This document shows, piece after piece, positions 13,360 to 22,661 of a stretch of DNA of 64,000 nucleotides. Where the stretch lies: positions 244,926-308,925 of the forward strand of contig JAEYOP010000030.1 of the NCBI GenBank assembly GCA_023411575.1, given 5' to 3'. The position numbers and the translations under genes are program-made. How positions within the stretch are numbered: position 1 is the stretch's first letter; every line of letters begins with the position of its first letter. Source of the DNA: Bacillota bacterium. GTDB lineage: Bacteria; Bacillota; Clostridia; Acetivibrionales; DTU013. The notes under the pieces are model-generated. The model was not told the DNA's origin and did not search any database. It saw only the letters and a program-made list of their open reading frames with translations.

Positions 13360-13788
13360 ATGCCTACATTTAATCAGATGGTCAGAAAAGGAAGGGAAAC
13401 AGTTCAGTACAAATCCACCGCCCCGGCGCTTCAAAAGAGCTTGAACTCTTTGAAAAAAAGGACGGTTGACGCCAGCTCTCCCCAAAAGAGAGGTGTTTGT
13501 ACCGTAGTTCGTACAGTAACCCCGAAGAAACCGAACTCCGCTTTGAGGAAGGTGGCAAGGGTGCGTTTGACGAACGGAATCGAAGTAACTGCCTACATTC
13601 CCGGTATAGGCCACAATCTCCAGGAACACAGCGTTGTTCTCATCAGAGGCGGCAGGGTTAAGGATCTCCCTGGCGTAAGGTACCACATCATAAGGGGTAC
13701 CCTCGATACAGCCGGTGTTGCAAAGAGAATGCAGGGTCGTTCCAAATACGGAGCGAAGAGGCCGAAGGCAGGCGCAGTCAAGAAATAA
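13360..13788 (+). CDS. rpsL: 30S ribosomal protein S12
   Basis: [67 protein letters not shown] at 13360 with SD aaggaggtg. The upstream extension in the ORF track is rejected. Confidence 0.97.
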   Translation: MPTFNQMVRKGRETVQYKSTAPALQKSLNSLKKRTVDASSPQKRGVCTVVRTVTPKKPNSALRKVARVRLTNGIEVTAYIPGIGHNLQEHSVVLIRGGRVKDLPGVRYHIIRGTLDTAGVAKRMQGRSKYGAKRPKAGAVKK

Positions 13789-13949
13789 TGCGTTTGAAGA
13801 GGCAAAAGCGAAAGTGCCAAGTATTGTGTAAATAATATGTTTATTATAGATTACATGTACGGAAGCGCTGACGAGGACCGCAAGGTCCCGAGTACCTCAA
13901 CGGGGAGAATGTGCCCCGAAAAAAATTTGTAGACAAGGAGGGAAGTAAA

Positions 13950-14420
13950 GTGCCAAGAAAAGGACATACTCCAAAAAGAGACGTTCTGCCGGATCCGATT
14001 TACAATGATAAAGTCCTCACAAAGCTGATCAACAATATCATGCTGGACGGCAAAAGGGGCGTAGCCCAGAAAATCTGCTACGAAGCTTTTGACATCATCA
14101 AGGAAAAGACCGGCAAGGAACCGCTTGAAGTATTTGAGCAGGCCATGAACAACATCATGCCTGTACTGGAAGTCAAAGCCAGGAGGGTCGGTGGTGCAAC
14201 CTATCAGGTGCCCATGGAGGTCAGACCCGAAAGAAGGCAGGCTCTTGGTCTGAGATGGTTGACGGATTACTCTCGCAAGAGAGGCGAAAAGACCATGAAG
14301 GAAAGACTGGCGGGCGAGATCATGGATGCTGTCAACGGACAGGGTAGCGCCTTCAAAAAGAAGGAAGACACCCACAAGATGGCAGAAGCCAACAAGGCTT
14401 TCGCTCACTATCGCTGGTAA
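13950..14420 (+). CDS. rpsG: 30S ribosomal protein S7
   Basis: [42 protein letters not shown].. is the canonical S7 N-terminus. GTG at 13950 with SD aaggaggg. Confidence 0.95.
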   Translation: MPRKGHTPKRDVLPDPIYNDKVLTKLINNIMLDGKRGVAQKICYEAFDIIKEKTGKEPLEVFEQAMNNIMPVLEVKARRVGGATYQVPMEVRPERRQALGLRWLTDYSRKRGEKTMKERLAGEIMDAVNGQGSAFKKKEDTHKMAEANKAFAHYRW

Positions 14421-14481
14421 TAAGGCGTAATGCAAAACGCATTATGCGAATTGAACTTATCGAGGAAGAAAGGAGGCAATT

Positions 14482-16545
14482 ATGCCCAGGCAATTCAGTT
14501 TGGAAAATACAAGGAATATCGGCATCATGGCACACATCGACGCCGGTAAGACTACGACCACGGAACGTATCCTGTATTATACGGGTAGACTGCATAAAAT
14601 AGGAGAAGTTCATGAAGGCGCCGCTACCATGGACTGGATGGAGCAGGAACAGGAAAGGGGTATAACCATTACCTCTGCTGCTACAACAGCGCAATGGAAG
14701 GGGAACAGAATCAACATCATAGACACGCCGGGGCACGTTGACTTTACGGTCGAGGTTGAAAGATCTCTACGGGTTCTCGATGGTTCAGTAACACTTTTTT
14801 GTGCGAAGGGAGGCGTTGAACCTCAGTCTGAAACCGTTTGGAGGCAGGCGGACAAGTACAACGTCCCTCGTATGGCGCATGTGAATAAAATGGATATTAT
14901 GGGTGCAGACTTTTTCAATTGCATCCAGATGATGAAGGACAGGCTGAAGGCAAATGCCGTTCCGATTCAGTTACCTATCGGCAAGGAAGACAATTTCCAG
15001 GGGATAATCGACCTGGTCACCATGAAGGCTTCCTACTACAGGGATGATATGGGCAAAGTAGTAGAAGAAATGCCTGTTCCGGCGGACATGGCCGATGTAG
15101 TTGATAAATATCGTAACATTTTAATTGAAGCTGTTGCTGAACAAGACGAGAACTTGATGAATAAATACCTTGAAGGGGAAGAACTGACCGAAGAGGAGAT
15201 ACGTGCAGGCATCCGAAAGGCTACCATTTCCGTAAACATGATTCCCGTTACCTGCGGGTCATCCTACAGGAACAAGGGAGTACAGCAGCTTTTGGATGCT
15301 GTCGTGGATTATATGCCTTCTCCGTTGGACGTGCCACCGATAAAAGGGGTATCCACCGATGGAGAAACCGATCTTGAGAGACCTGCGGACGACGACGGAC
15401 CGTTTTCTGCGCTGGCCTTCAAGATCATGGCGGATCCATTTGTCGGAAAACTTTGCTTTTTCAGAGTTTATTCCGGAAAGTTGAGTTCAGGGTCATATGT
15501 AATGAATTCTACGAAGGATAAGAAGGAACGCATCGGAAGAATCCTTCAGATGCACGCCAACCACCGGGAAGACATCGACATGGTTTATTCGGGCGATATC
15601 GCGGCTGCAGTGGGTCTCAAGGACACTACCACAGGCGATACTCTTTGCAGCGAGGATGCGCCGATTATACTGGAGTCCATGGAATTTCCCGAACCGGTTA
15701 TCCATGTCGCGGTGGAACCCAAGACCAAAGCCGGACAGGATAAGATGGTAATGGCGCTCATGAAGCTCTCCGAGGAGGATCCGACCTTCAAGGCGCACAC
15801 CGATCCGGAGACCGGTCAAACGATCATTTCCGGCATGGGTGAGCTGCATCTTGAAATCATCGTCGACCGGATGATGAGGGAGTTCAAGGTGGAAGCGAAT
15901 GTGGGACAGCCTCAGGTTGCCTACAAGGAAACCATTCGCAAGGCGGTCAAGGCGGAAGGCAAATTCGTCCGGCAGTCCGGCGGCAAGGGCCAGTACGGAC
16001 ACTGCGTACTGGAGATCGAACCCCAGGAGCCCGGAAGCGGATACACCTTCGTCAACAAGATCGTCGGGGGAGCAATCCCGAAGGAATACATTTCACCCAT
16101 CGACGACGGTATACAGGATGCTATGAAGAACGGCGTGCTGGGCGGTTATCAGGTGCTTGACATCAAAGTCACCCTGGTGGACGGCTCCTACCACGAAGTG
16201 GACTCTTCCGAAATGGCATTCAAGATCGCTGGCTCAATAGGCTTCAAGGAAGGCTGCCGCAAGGCGAATCCCGTCCTGCTCGAGCCTGTTATGCGAGTAG
16301 ACGTTGTCGTTCCCGAGCAGTACATGGGCGACGTCATGGGCGACCTCAATTCCCGCAGGGGAAGGATCGAGGGCATGGAAAGCAGGTCCGGCGCGCAGGT
16401 CATCACCTCGCATGTCCCGCTTGCAAACATGTTCGGTTACGCTACGGAGCTTCGTTCCAGGACTCAGGGAAGAGGCGTATTCACAATGCAATTCAGCCAC
16501 TATGAAGAGGTTCCGAAGAATATTCAGGAATCTGTTCTGAAGTAG
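14482..16545 (+). CDS. fusA: Elongation factor G
   Basis: 687 aa. [32 protein letters not shown] and NKMD GTPase motifs are present. SD gaaaggagg. Confidence 0.98.
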   Translation: MPRQFSLENTRNIGIMAHIDAGKTTTTERILYYTGRLHKIGEVHEGAATMDWMEQEQERGITITSAATTAQWKGNRINIIDTPGHVDFTVEVERSLRVLDGSVTLFCAKGGVEPQSETVWRQADKYNVPRMAHVNKMDIMGADFFNCIQMMKDRLKANAVPIQLPIGKEDNFQGIIDLVTMKASYYRDDMGKVVEEMPVPADMADVVDKYRNILIEAVAEQDENLMNKYLEGEELTEEEIRAGIRKATISVNMIPVTCGSSYRNKGVQQLLDAVVDYMPSPLDVPPIKGVSTDGETDLERPADDDGPFSALAFKIMADPFVGKLCFFRVYSGKLSSGSYVMNSTKDKKERIGRILQMHANHREDIDMVYSGDIAAAVGLKDTTTGDTLCSEDAPIILESMEFPEPVIHVAVEPKTKAGQDKMVMALMKLSEEDPTFKAHTDPETGQTIISGMGELHLEIIVDRMMREFKVEANVGQPQVAYKETIRKAVKAEGKFVRQSGGKGQYGHCVLEIEPQEPGSGYTFVNKIVGGAIPKEYISPIDDGIQDAMKNGVLGGYQVLDIKVTLVDGSYHEVDSSEMAFKIAGSIGFKEGCRKANPVLLEPVMRVDVVVPEQYMGDVMGDLNSRRGRIEGMESRSGAQVITSHVPLANMFGYATELRSRTQGRGVFTMQFSHYEEVPKNIQESVLK

Positions 16546-16621
16546 GGCTGCAAATAATGTAAAAAACAAATTATTACAAATTTATTCAGTATTGTACTGA
16601 ACAAAGGGAGGAGATTTAACA

Positions 16622-17824
16622 ATGGGTAAGGCTAAATTTGAAAGAACGAAACCCCACGTTAACATTGGAACGATTGGTCATGTCGACCACGGCAAAACTT
16701 CTTTGACAGCTGCTATCACCAAGGTTCTTGGCTTCCAGGGCAAAGCGAACTATACCGCATACGACCAGATTGACAAGGCTCCGGAAGAAAAGGCACGTGG
16801 AATCACGATTTCCACCGCTCACGTTGAATATGAGACAGAGAACAGGCACTATGCCCACGTGGACTGCCCCGGTCATGCCGACTATGTTAAGAACATGATC
16901 ACCGGTGCCGCTCAGATGGACGGCGCCATCCTCGTTGTTTCCGCAGCAGACGGCCCGATGCCCCAGACCAGGGAGCACATCCTCCTTGCCCGTCAGGTTG
17001 GCGTTCCTTACATCGTCGTATTCCTGAACAAGTGCGACATGGTGGATGACGAAGAACTCATCGAACTCGTTGAAATGGAACTCAGGGAACTCCTCAGCTC
17101 CTATGAATTCGACGGTGACAATATTCCGATCATTAGAGGGTCCGCCCTGGTTGCTCTCGAAAGCACCTCCAACGATCCCAACGCACCGGAATACAAGTGC
17201 GTCGGCGAACTGATGGCCGCTGTTGACGCTTACATTCCTACTCCTGAAAGAGCTACCGACAAACCGTTTATCATGCCTGTTGAAGATGTATTCTCCATCA
17301 CCGGCCGTGGTACGGTTGCTACGGGTAGGGTTGAAAGAGGACAGGTCAAGGTTGGCGAAGAAGTTGAAATCGTTGGCTTGATGGATGCACCGAGAAAGAC
17401 CGTTGTCACCGGTGTTGAAATGTTCAGGAAGCTCCTGGATCAGGCTGTTGCCGGCGATAACATCGGCTGCCTGCTCAGAGGTATCCAGAGAAACGAAATC
17501 GAAAGGGGCCAGGTTATTGCTAAGCCCGGTTCCATTAAGCCCCACACGCATTACAAGTCCCAGGTTTACGTTCTGACCAAGGAAGAAGGCGGAAGACATA
17601 CTCCTTTCTTCAATGGCTACAGGCCCCAGTTCTATTTCAGAACCACCGACGTTACCGGTGTAGCCGAACTGCCCGCAGGTACTGAAATGTGCATGCCCGG
17701 CGACCACATCGAAATGACGATCAAGCTCATCACTCCCATCGCTATGGAAGAGGGCCTGAGGTTCGCTATCCGTGAAGGCGGAAGGACTGTTGGTTCCGGT
17801 ACGGTTACTGGGATCATCGAATAA
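16622..17824 (+). CDS. tuf: Elongation factor Tu
   Basis: 400 aa. [16 protein letters not shown] and NKCD motifs are present. SD aagggagg. Confidence 0.98.
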   Translation: MGKAKFERTKPHVNIGTIGHVDHGKTSLTAAITKVLGFQGKANYTAYDQIDKAPEEKARGITISTAHVEYETENRHYAHVDCPGHADYVKNMITGAAQMDGAILVVSAADGPMPQTREHILLARQVGVPYIVVFLNKCDMVDDEELIELVEMELRELLSSYEFDGDNIPIIRGSALVALESTSNDPNAPEYKCVGELMAAVDAYIPTPERATDKPFIMPVEDVFSITGRGTVATGRVERGQVKVGEEVEIVGLMDAPRKTVVTGVEMFRKLLDQAVAGDNIGCLLRGIQRNEIERGQVIAKPGSIKPHTHYKSQVYVLTKEEGGRHTPFFNGYRPQFYFRTTDVTGVAELPAGTEMCMPGDHIEMTIKLITPIAMEEGLRFAIREGGRTVGSGTVTGIIE

Positions 17825-17846
17825 TTGCAAAAACAATGACGAAAAG

Positions 17847-17880
17847 GAACCGCTTGATTGAAGAATCAGGCGGTTCTTTT
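17847..17880 (+). terminator. Rho-independent terminator after tuf
   Basis: GAACCGCTTGATT (17847-17859) pairs with AATCAGGCGGTTC (17864-17876). That is 13 bp with one G-U and a GAAG loop, followed by TTTT. Confidence 0.8.
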
Positions 17881-17913
17881 GTCTTTTCTTTTCCCGGCCG
17901 GCATATCTTTTGT

Positions 17914-17942
17914 TTTACCGCCGGTCAAAAGGGTATTATAAT
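17914..17942 (+). promoter_or_regulatory. Candidate sigma-A promoter of the flavodiiron gene
   Basis: TTTACC (17914-17919), 17-nt spacer, TATAAT (17937-17942). It is immediately followed by a tandem direct repeat AATAGGTAC (17940-17948 and 17950-17958). Confidence 0.5.
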
Positions 17943-17988
17943 AGGTACCAATAGGTACTAAAAAGAATTGACTGGGAGGCTTGGAAAG

Positions 17989-19182
17989 ATGATAGAGATC
18001 AAAAAGAACATATACTGGGTTGGAATCCGGGATTGGGGACTGAGGCATTTTCACGGGCACGAGCTGTCCACTCACAGGGGATCAAGCTACAATTCATATA
18101 TAATTAAGGACCAGAAAACCGTGCTCGTGGATACGGTATGGGATCCGTACAAGGAAGAATTTACGGCGCAGCTTGAGCGGGACGTCGGGTTGGCCAACAT
18201 CGACATGATCGTCGTAAACCACATGGAGCCGGATCACGGCGGAAGCCTGGAATACCTGCTGGAGAGGATGCCGTCCGACAACATCCCGGTCTATTGCACC
18301 AAAAACGGCGCAGAGATTATCAAAAAGCATTTTCACCGGGATTTTAACTTCCAGATCGTGAAAACGGGGGATTCCGTCAATATCGGGGAATACGACCTGG
18401 TATTCGTGGACATGCAGATGCTGCATTGGCCGGACAGCCTGCTCACCTATGTAAAGGGTGCGGCGACGGCCCTGTCCAACGACGCGTTTGGGCAGCATTT
18501 TGCCGGTATTTCCCTCTTTAACGACGAGGTAGATGAGTGTGAACTCTATCAGGAAGCGCTCAAGTATTACGCGAACATTTTGACCCCCTTCAGCGCCCTA
18601 ATCAAGAAAAAGGTCGAGCAGATCAAGGCGTTGAACCTTCCGATCGAAATGATTGCTCCCAGCCATGGAGTGATCTGGCGCAAGAACCCGATGCAGATCA
18701 TCGAAAAGTATTATGAATGGGCCCAGGAGTATAACGAGGGCTTTGCGGCAATTATTTACGATACGATGTACGATGCCACCCGGTGGATGGCGGAGGCCAT
18801 TGCGGCGGGACTGGAGGCCCGGGGCGCCCGGTACAAGCTGTTCAATGTGGCGCTGACGGACCAGAGCGACCTGCTGACGGAGATTTTCAAGGCAAAGGGC
18901 GTCCTTATAGGCAGCTGCACGGTCAATAATACGGTTTTGAGGCCTACTGCAGGCCTGCTGGAGGAAATCAAGGGACACAAGTTTAAAGGCAAGCTGGGAG
19001 CCGGCTTCGGAAGCTACGGCTGGAGCGGCGAAGCCCCGAAGCACATCAGTGCGGCTCTCGAGGGAGCCGGCCTGAAAATCGTGCAGGAGCCTTTGGGATT
19101 CCGCTACCGGCCGACGGAGGAGGAATATGCGAAATGCAGGGCCTTCGGCGAGGACTTTGCCAGGGCGATGCAGGGAAAGTAA
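17989..19182 (+). CDS. Flavodiiron protein (FprA-type: metallo-beta-lactamase-like domain plus flavodoxin domain)
   Basis: MIEIKKNIYWVGIRDWGLRHFHG.., di-iron motif VNHMEPDHGGS (H-x-E-x-D-H), and a C-terminal flavodoxin-like half (AAIIYDTMYDATRWMAEAIAAGL). ATG at 17989 is preferred over the track start at 17968. Confidence 0.85.
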   Translation: MIEIKKNIYWVGIRDWGLRHFHGHELSTHRGSSYNSYIIKDQKTVLVDTVWDPYKEEFTAQLERDVGLANIDMIVVNHMEPDHGGSLEYLLERMPSDNIPVYCTKNGAEIIKKHFHRDFNFQIVKTGDSVNIGEYDLVFVDMQMLHWPDSLLTYVKGAATALSNDAFGQHFAGISLFNDEVDECELYQEALKYYANILTPFSALIKKKVEQIKALNLPIEMIAPSHGVIWRKNPMQIIEKYYEWAQEYNEGFAAIIYDTMYDATRWMAEAIAAGLEARGARYKLFNVALTDQSDLLTEIFKAKGVLIGSCTVNNTVLRPTAGLLEEIKGHKFKGKLGAGFGSYGWSGEAPKHISAALEGAGLKIVQEPLGFRYRPTEEEYAKCRAFGEDFARAMQGK

Positions 19183-19200
19183 ACAAGAGAAGTAAACAGG

Positions 19201-19226
19201 AGGAGTGATTTTTTCACTCCTTTTTT
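19201..19226 (+). terminator. Rho-independent terminator after the flavodiiron gene
   Basis: AGGAGTGA / TCACTCCT stem (19201-19221) with a T-rich loop, followed by TTTTTT. Confidence 0.75.
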
Positions 19227-19321
19227 ATGTAAAAAACCTACTTGCCCCCGGATAAGGAGAATGATAGTATTACTCTAGAGATCGGCTAAAATAAACCTTC
19301 CGCAGGCAAGGGGCTGAGCAT

Positions 19322-20560
19322 ATGAAATTCTTTCGCAGGCTCGGGCGTCGTTTCAGGGAGATGTCGCCCAAAACAATCCGGGAAATCATTATCATTGCCG
19401 TCATACTTTGCGTCTCTCTGGCGTTGAGCCTTCCGCAGTATTTCAGGGACGTTGAAGCGGCAAAGGTCCAGCAGGCCGGACTGAAAGACCAGGACAGCTT
19501 TTTTGCCGTCGATGCGCCCGGAAATCAGGGCCTGGATGCCGCCAAGCTCGAACTGGCGGCGGAAAAGCTCGGCCGGACCTCAGCACAGAGCTTTCTTGTC
19601 ATGAGAAACGGAAAGCTGGTCTATGAAAAATACTTCAGCAGCAGCAATGGCTCCGCAGACAGCAGAAATAATATTTATTCCGTTACAAAGAGCTTTATCT
19701 CCTCCCTGGTAGGAATAGCGATCCGGGAAGGCTATATTGACAGCGTGGAGGACCCGGTTGAAAAATACCTTCCCAGGTATTATAAAGAATTGACCGACCC
19801 CCGTTGGCACGAGATAAAACTGAAACACCTGCTCACCATGACACCGGGCTTTCTCGAAGACCTGAACGCCATGACCGGAAGCGGGGATTGGGTCCGGTAT
19901 ACCTTCGACCTCCCGCTGAACTATGCTCCCGGCGAAAAATTCCAGTATGCCAATTCGGCAAGCCACCTGCTCTCGGTGATCCTGTCGGAGTCCACCGGAA
20001 TGAGCACAAAGGATTTTGCCGGGAAATATCTTTTTACCCCCCTTGATATTACGGACCCCCAGTGGATGACGGATCCCCAGGACAACTATGCGGGCTATGC
20101 CGGCATTTACCTCAGGCCCCGGGACCTGGCGAAATTCGGCTGGCTTTACTGCTCCGGCGGAAAATGGGACGGGAGGCAGATCGTGCCGGAGGAATGGGTG
20201 GCGGACTCCACGAAGGTCCAATATGACTTCAACAAAGAGAAAGAGGCCGAGGCGGATGCCGGAGTGCTAAGCAATGAGCAAAGCACTGCAAAAAGTGACG
20301 CAGATGCTCAGGACGGTAGCGGCGGGAAGCTTCCGGAAAACGGATACGGCTATAAATGGTGGATAGGCGGAAAAACGGACTACCATGAATATTCGGCGCG
20401 GGGATACGGCGGGCAGAGCATAACGGTAATACCCGAGCTGGGCCTTGTGGCGGTTATTACCAGCCTCCCGGAGGCGCGGTCCATAGGCGATGAGGCCAGG
20501 GAAGAAATCATTGCGGAAGATATTATAGGAGGGACACAGAATGGAACTGTCGGGAATTAA
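19322..20560 (+). CDS. Serine hydrolase, beta-lactamase / class C PBP-like family, N-terminal membrane anchor
   Basis: 412 aa. S-x-x-K motif (YSVTKSF), Y-x-N motif (YANSASH) and an N-terminal TM segment (IIIIAVILCVSLALSL). The 3' end overlaps the next gene by 20 nt. Confidence 0.75.
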   Translation: MKFFRRLGRRFREMSPKTIREIIIIAVILCVSLALSLPQYFRDVEAAKVQQAGLKDQDSFFAVDAPGNQGLDAAKLELAAEKLGRTSAQSFLVMRNGKLVYEKYFSSSNGSADSRNNIYSVTKSFISSLVGIAIREGYIDSVEDPVEKYLPRYYKELTDPRWHEIKLKHLLTMTPGFLEDLNAMTGSGDWVRYTFDLPLNYAPGEKFQYANSASHLLSVILSESTGMSTKDFAGKYLFTPLDITDPQWMTDPQDNYAGYAGIYLRPRDLAKFGWLYCSGGKWDGRQIVPEEWVADSTKVQYDFNKEKEAEADAGVLSNEQSTAKSDADAQDGSGGKLPENGYGYKWWIGGKTDYHEYSARGYGGQSITVIPELGLVAVITSLPEARSIGDEAREEIIAEDIIGGTQNGTVGN

Positions 20561-21494
20561 AAAAATAGCCGGGGAAATAAAAAGCAATCTATCCACCGTA
20601 TTGGTCGGAAGGGATGAGACCATCGACCTGGTGCTGATCACACTGATCTGCGGGGGGCACGTGCTGCTGGAGGATGTGCCGGGCGTGGGGAAAACCATGC
20701 TGGCCAAATGCCTTGCCCGATCCCTGGACTGCGAATTCAAAAGGGTCCAGTTTACGCCGGACCTGCTGCCCTCGGACCTGACGGGCATCAATTACTACGA
20801 CCAGAAGCAGGGGGAATTCATTTTCCGGCCGGGCCCCCTTTTCGCCAATGTGGTGCTGGCGGATGAAATCAACCGGGCCACGCCGAGAACCCAATCCAGC
20901 CTTCTGGAGTGCATGGAGGAAGGCCAGGTGACGGTGGACGGTGAGACAAGGAAGCTGGGCCGGCCCTTCTTCGTCATAGCGACCCAGAATCCGGTGGAGA
21001 CCAGGGGCACCTTCCCGCTGCCGGAGGCGCAGTTGGACCGCTTCTTCATGCGGCTCCGCATGGGCTACCCCTCGCCCGGGGAGGGCGTCGAAATCCTCCG
21101 GCGCTTCCGGGGCTCCGATCCGGCCGCCGCCCTGAAAGTAGCCGCTTCCGGTGCGGCTGTAACCGAGGCGCAGGAGTCGTTCTCCGCGGTAAAGGTATCC
21201 GAAGCGGTCGAAAAATATATAATTGACCTCATAGAAGCAACCAGACAGGATGAAAAAATCTCACTGGGCGTCAGTCCCAGGGGCAGCATCGCGCTGATGA
21301 GGGCCGCCCAGGCGAACGCCGTGCTGGAAGGCCGCGACTTCGCCATGCCGGACGATGTCAAAAAGGTGGCCGTTCCGGTGCTGGCCCACCGGATGATCCT
21401 GAAAGGCCATGCCATATCCGGCGGAACAGAGCAGGCCGAAACGGCCGTGCGCGATATCCTGAAAAGGGTCCCGGTACCGACGGAAGAAATCTGA
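20541..21494 (+). CDS. MoxR-family AAA+ ATPase
   Basis: 317 aa. VLVGRDETIDLVLITLICGGHVLLEDVPGVGKTMLAKCLA (Walker A), LADEINRATPRTQSSLLECMEE (Walker B / sensor), ATQNP..G. SD ggaggga. Confidence 0.9.
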   Translation: MELSGIKKIAGEIKSNLSTVLVGRDETIDLVLITLICGGHVLLEDVPGVGKTMLAKCLARSLDCEFKRVQFTPDLLPSDLTGINYYDQKQGEFIFRPGPLFANVVLADEINRATPRTQSSLLECMEEGQVTVDGETRKLGRPFFVIATQNPVETRGTFPLPEAQLDRFFMRLRMGYPSPGEGVEILRRFRGSDPAAALKVAASGAAVTEAQESFSAVKVSEAVEKYIIDLIEATRQDEKISLGVSPRGSIALMRAAQANAVLEGRDFAMPDDVKKVAVPVLAHRMILKGHAISGGTEQAETAVRDILKRVPVPTEEI

Positions 21495-21503
21495 GGTGAA
21501 CAC

Positions 21504-22661
21504 ATGGACGTCATTGCGCTGGTAGTGATCTTTATCTGCATATTGGGCCTGCAAATGGCTATCCTTTGCAAATACTGCTTTCACAAGCTGTTTTACAAAT
21601 GCGAGTTCAGTGTTCCCGAAGCCCATGAAGGGGACAGCCTGTATCTGGTGGAGACCGTCTACAACTGCAAGCCGCTGCCGGTCCCCTGGCTCAAGGTGGA
21701 TATCCATTCCTCCCGGTGGCTGGACTTTGCGGGGACCTGTTCCGTCATCGCACAGGACGACAGGCGGGTGACCAGCAGCTTTACCCTGAAGGGCTACCAG
21801 CGGATTACGAGGAAATGGAAGCTGAAATGCCTCAAAAGAGGCGTTTTCACCACCGAAAACGTCACCCTGGTCAGCGGCGACCTGCTGAATTTCCGGGTCG
21901 AATCGATTCCCGCCGCGGTCAATGCACAGCTCATGGTATACCCGGAAATCGTGGACCTGGAGGAGCTGTTCACGCCCGTGAACCTGCTCCAGAGCGACCG
22001 GACCGTCAACCGGTGGATCGTAGACGATCCTTTTCTTGTTTCCGGCGTCCGGGAATATGTGCCCGGAGATCCCATGAACCGCGTCCATTGGCCTGCCACC
22101 GCAAAGGCGGGAAGACTCCTGGTGAAGAAAAATGAATTTACGTCCCAGCGCAGCCTGACGGTATTGCTCAACATGCAGTCCCAGCTGTACGAATATGCCG
22201 ATACGATAAACAAAAATCTGGCGGAACTCGGGATAAAGGCGGCGGCGACGCTTTTTGACCGGGCGCTGAAGGAAGGCACGCCCGTGCGGTTTGTCACCAA
22301 CGGCTGCACCGCCGCCGACGCCAGAACGGCTATTTTCACTGGAGAGGCCGCCAACAAGGACCATATCTCCGAGCTTTTTAAAATACTGGCCCGGCTTCTG
22401 ATGAAGAACGTAAAGGATTTTGAAGCGCTCCTGGACGACACGCTGCCGGTTCTGGAGAATACGGAGGCGGTCATCATCACCGCCTATATGAGCAGGAGAA
22501 TGTGCGAACAGGCGGACCGGCTTGCACTGGCAGGCAATACGGTCAGTATTGTCCTGCTGGATACGGTTTTTGAAGCGGATGTAAAGCCCGAAATAGCGGA
22601 TCTGTATGTTCTGGCCAGCAAATGCGGCTTTGAGGAGCTGAAGGGGGGACTTGTGCAGTGA
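21504..22661 (+). CDS. DUF58-family protein (usual MoxR partner)
   Basis: 385 aa. The signature VREYVPGDPMNRVHWPATAKAGRLLVKK and an N-terminal TM segment are present. It starts 9 nt after the MoxR stop. Confidence 0.8.
   Translation: MDVIALVVIFICILGLQMAILCKYCFHKLFYKCEFSVPEAHEGDSLYLVETVYNCKPLPVPWLKVDIHSSRWLDFAGTCSVIAQDDRRVTSSFTLKGYQRITRKWKLKCLKRGVFTTENVTLVSGDLLNFRVESIPAAVNAQLMVYPEIVDLEELFTPVNLLQSDRTVNRWIVDDPFLVSGVREYVPGDPMNRVHWPATAKAGRLLVKKNEFTSQRSLTVLLNMQSQLYEYADTINKNLAELGIKAAATLFDRALKEGTPVRFVTNGCTAADARTAIFTGEAANKDHISELFKILARLLMKNVKDFEALLDDTLPVLENTEAVIITAYMSRRMCEQADRLALAGNTVSIVLLDTVFEADVKPEIADLYVLASKCGFEELKGGLVQ

Noticed and set aside
16616-17836. 406-aa minus-strand ORF antisense to tuf, and similar antisense ORFs opposite lon (25539-27779), pyk (38370-39980), the nitrogenase-like genes (50695-52131), the ABC permease (53174-54658), potA (42803-43918, plus strand), pflA (44609-45367, plus strand) and proA (61278-62324, plus strand)
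   Set aside because: Each lies fully inside a confidently identified gene on the other strand. None has an SD or conserved motifs, and the compositions are typical antisense artefacts of GC-rich codon usage.
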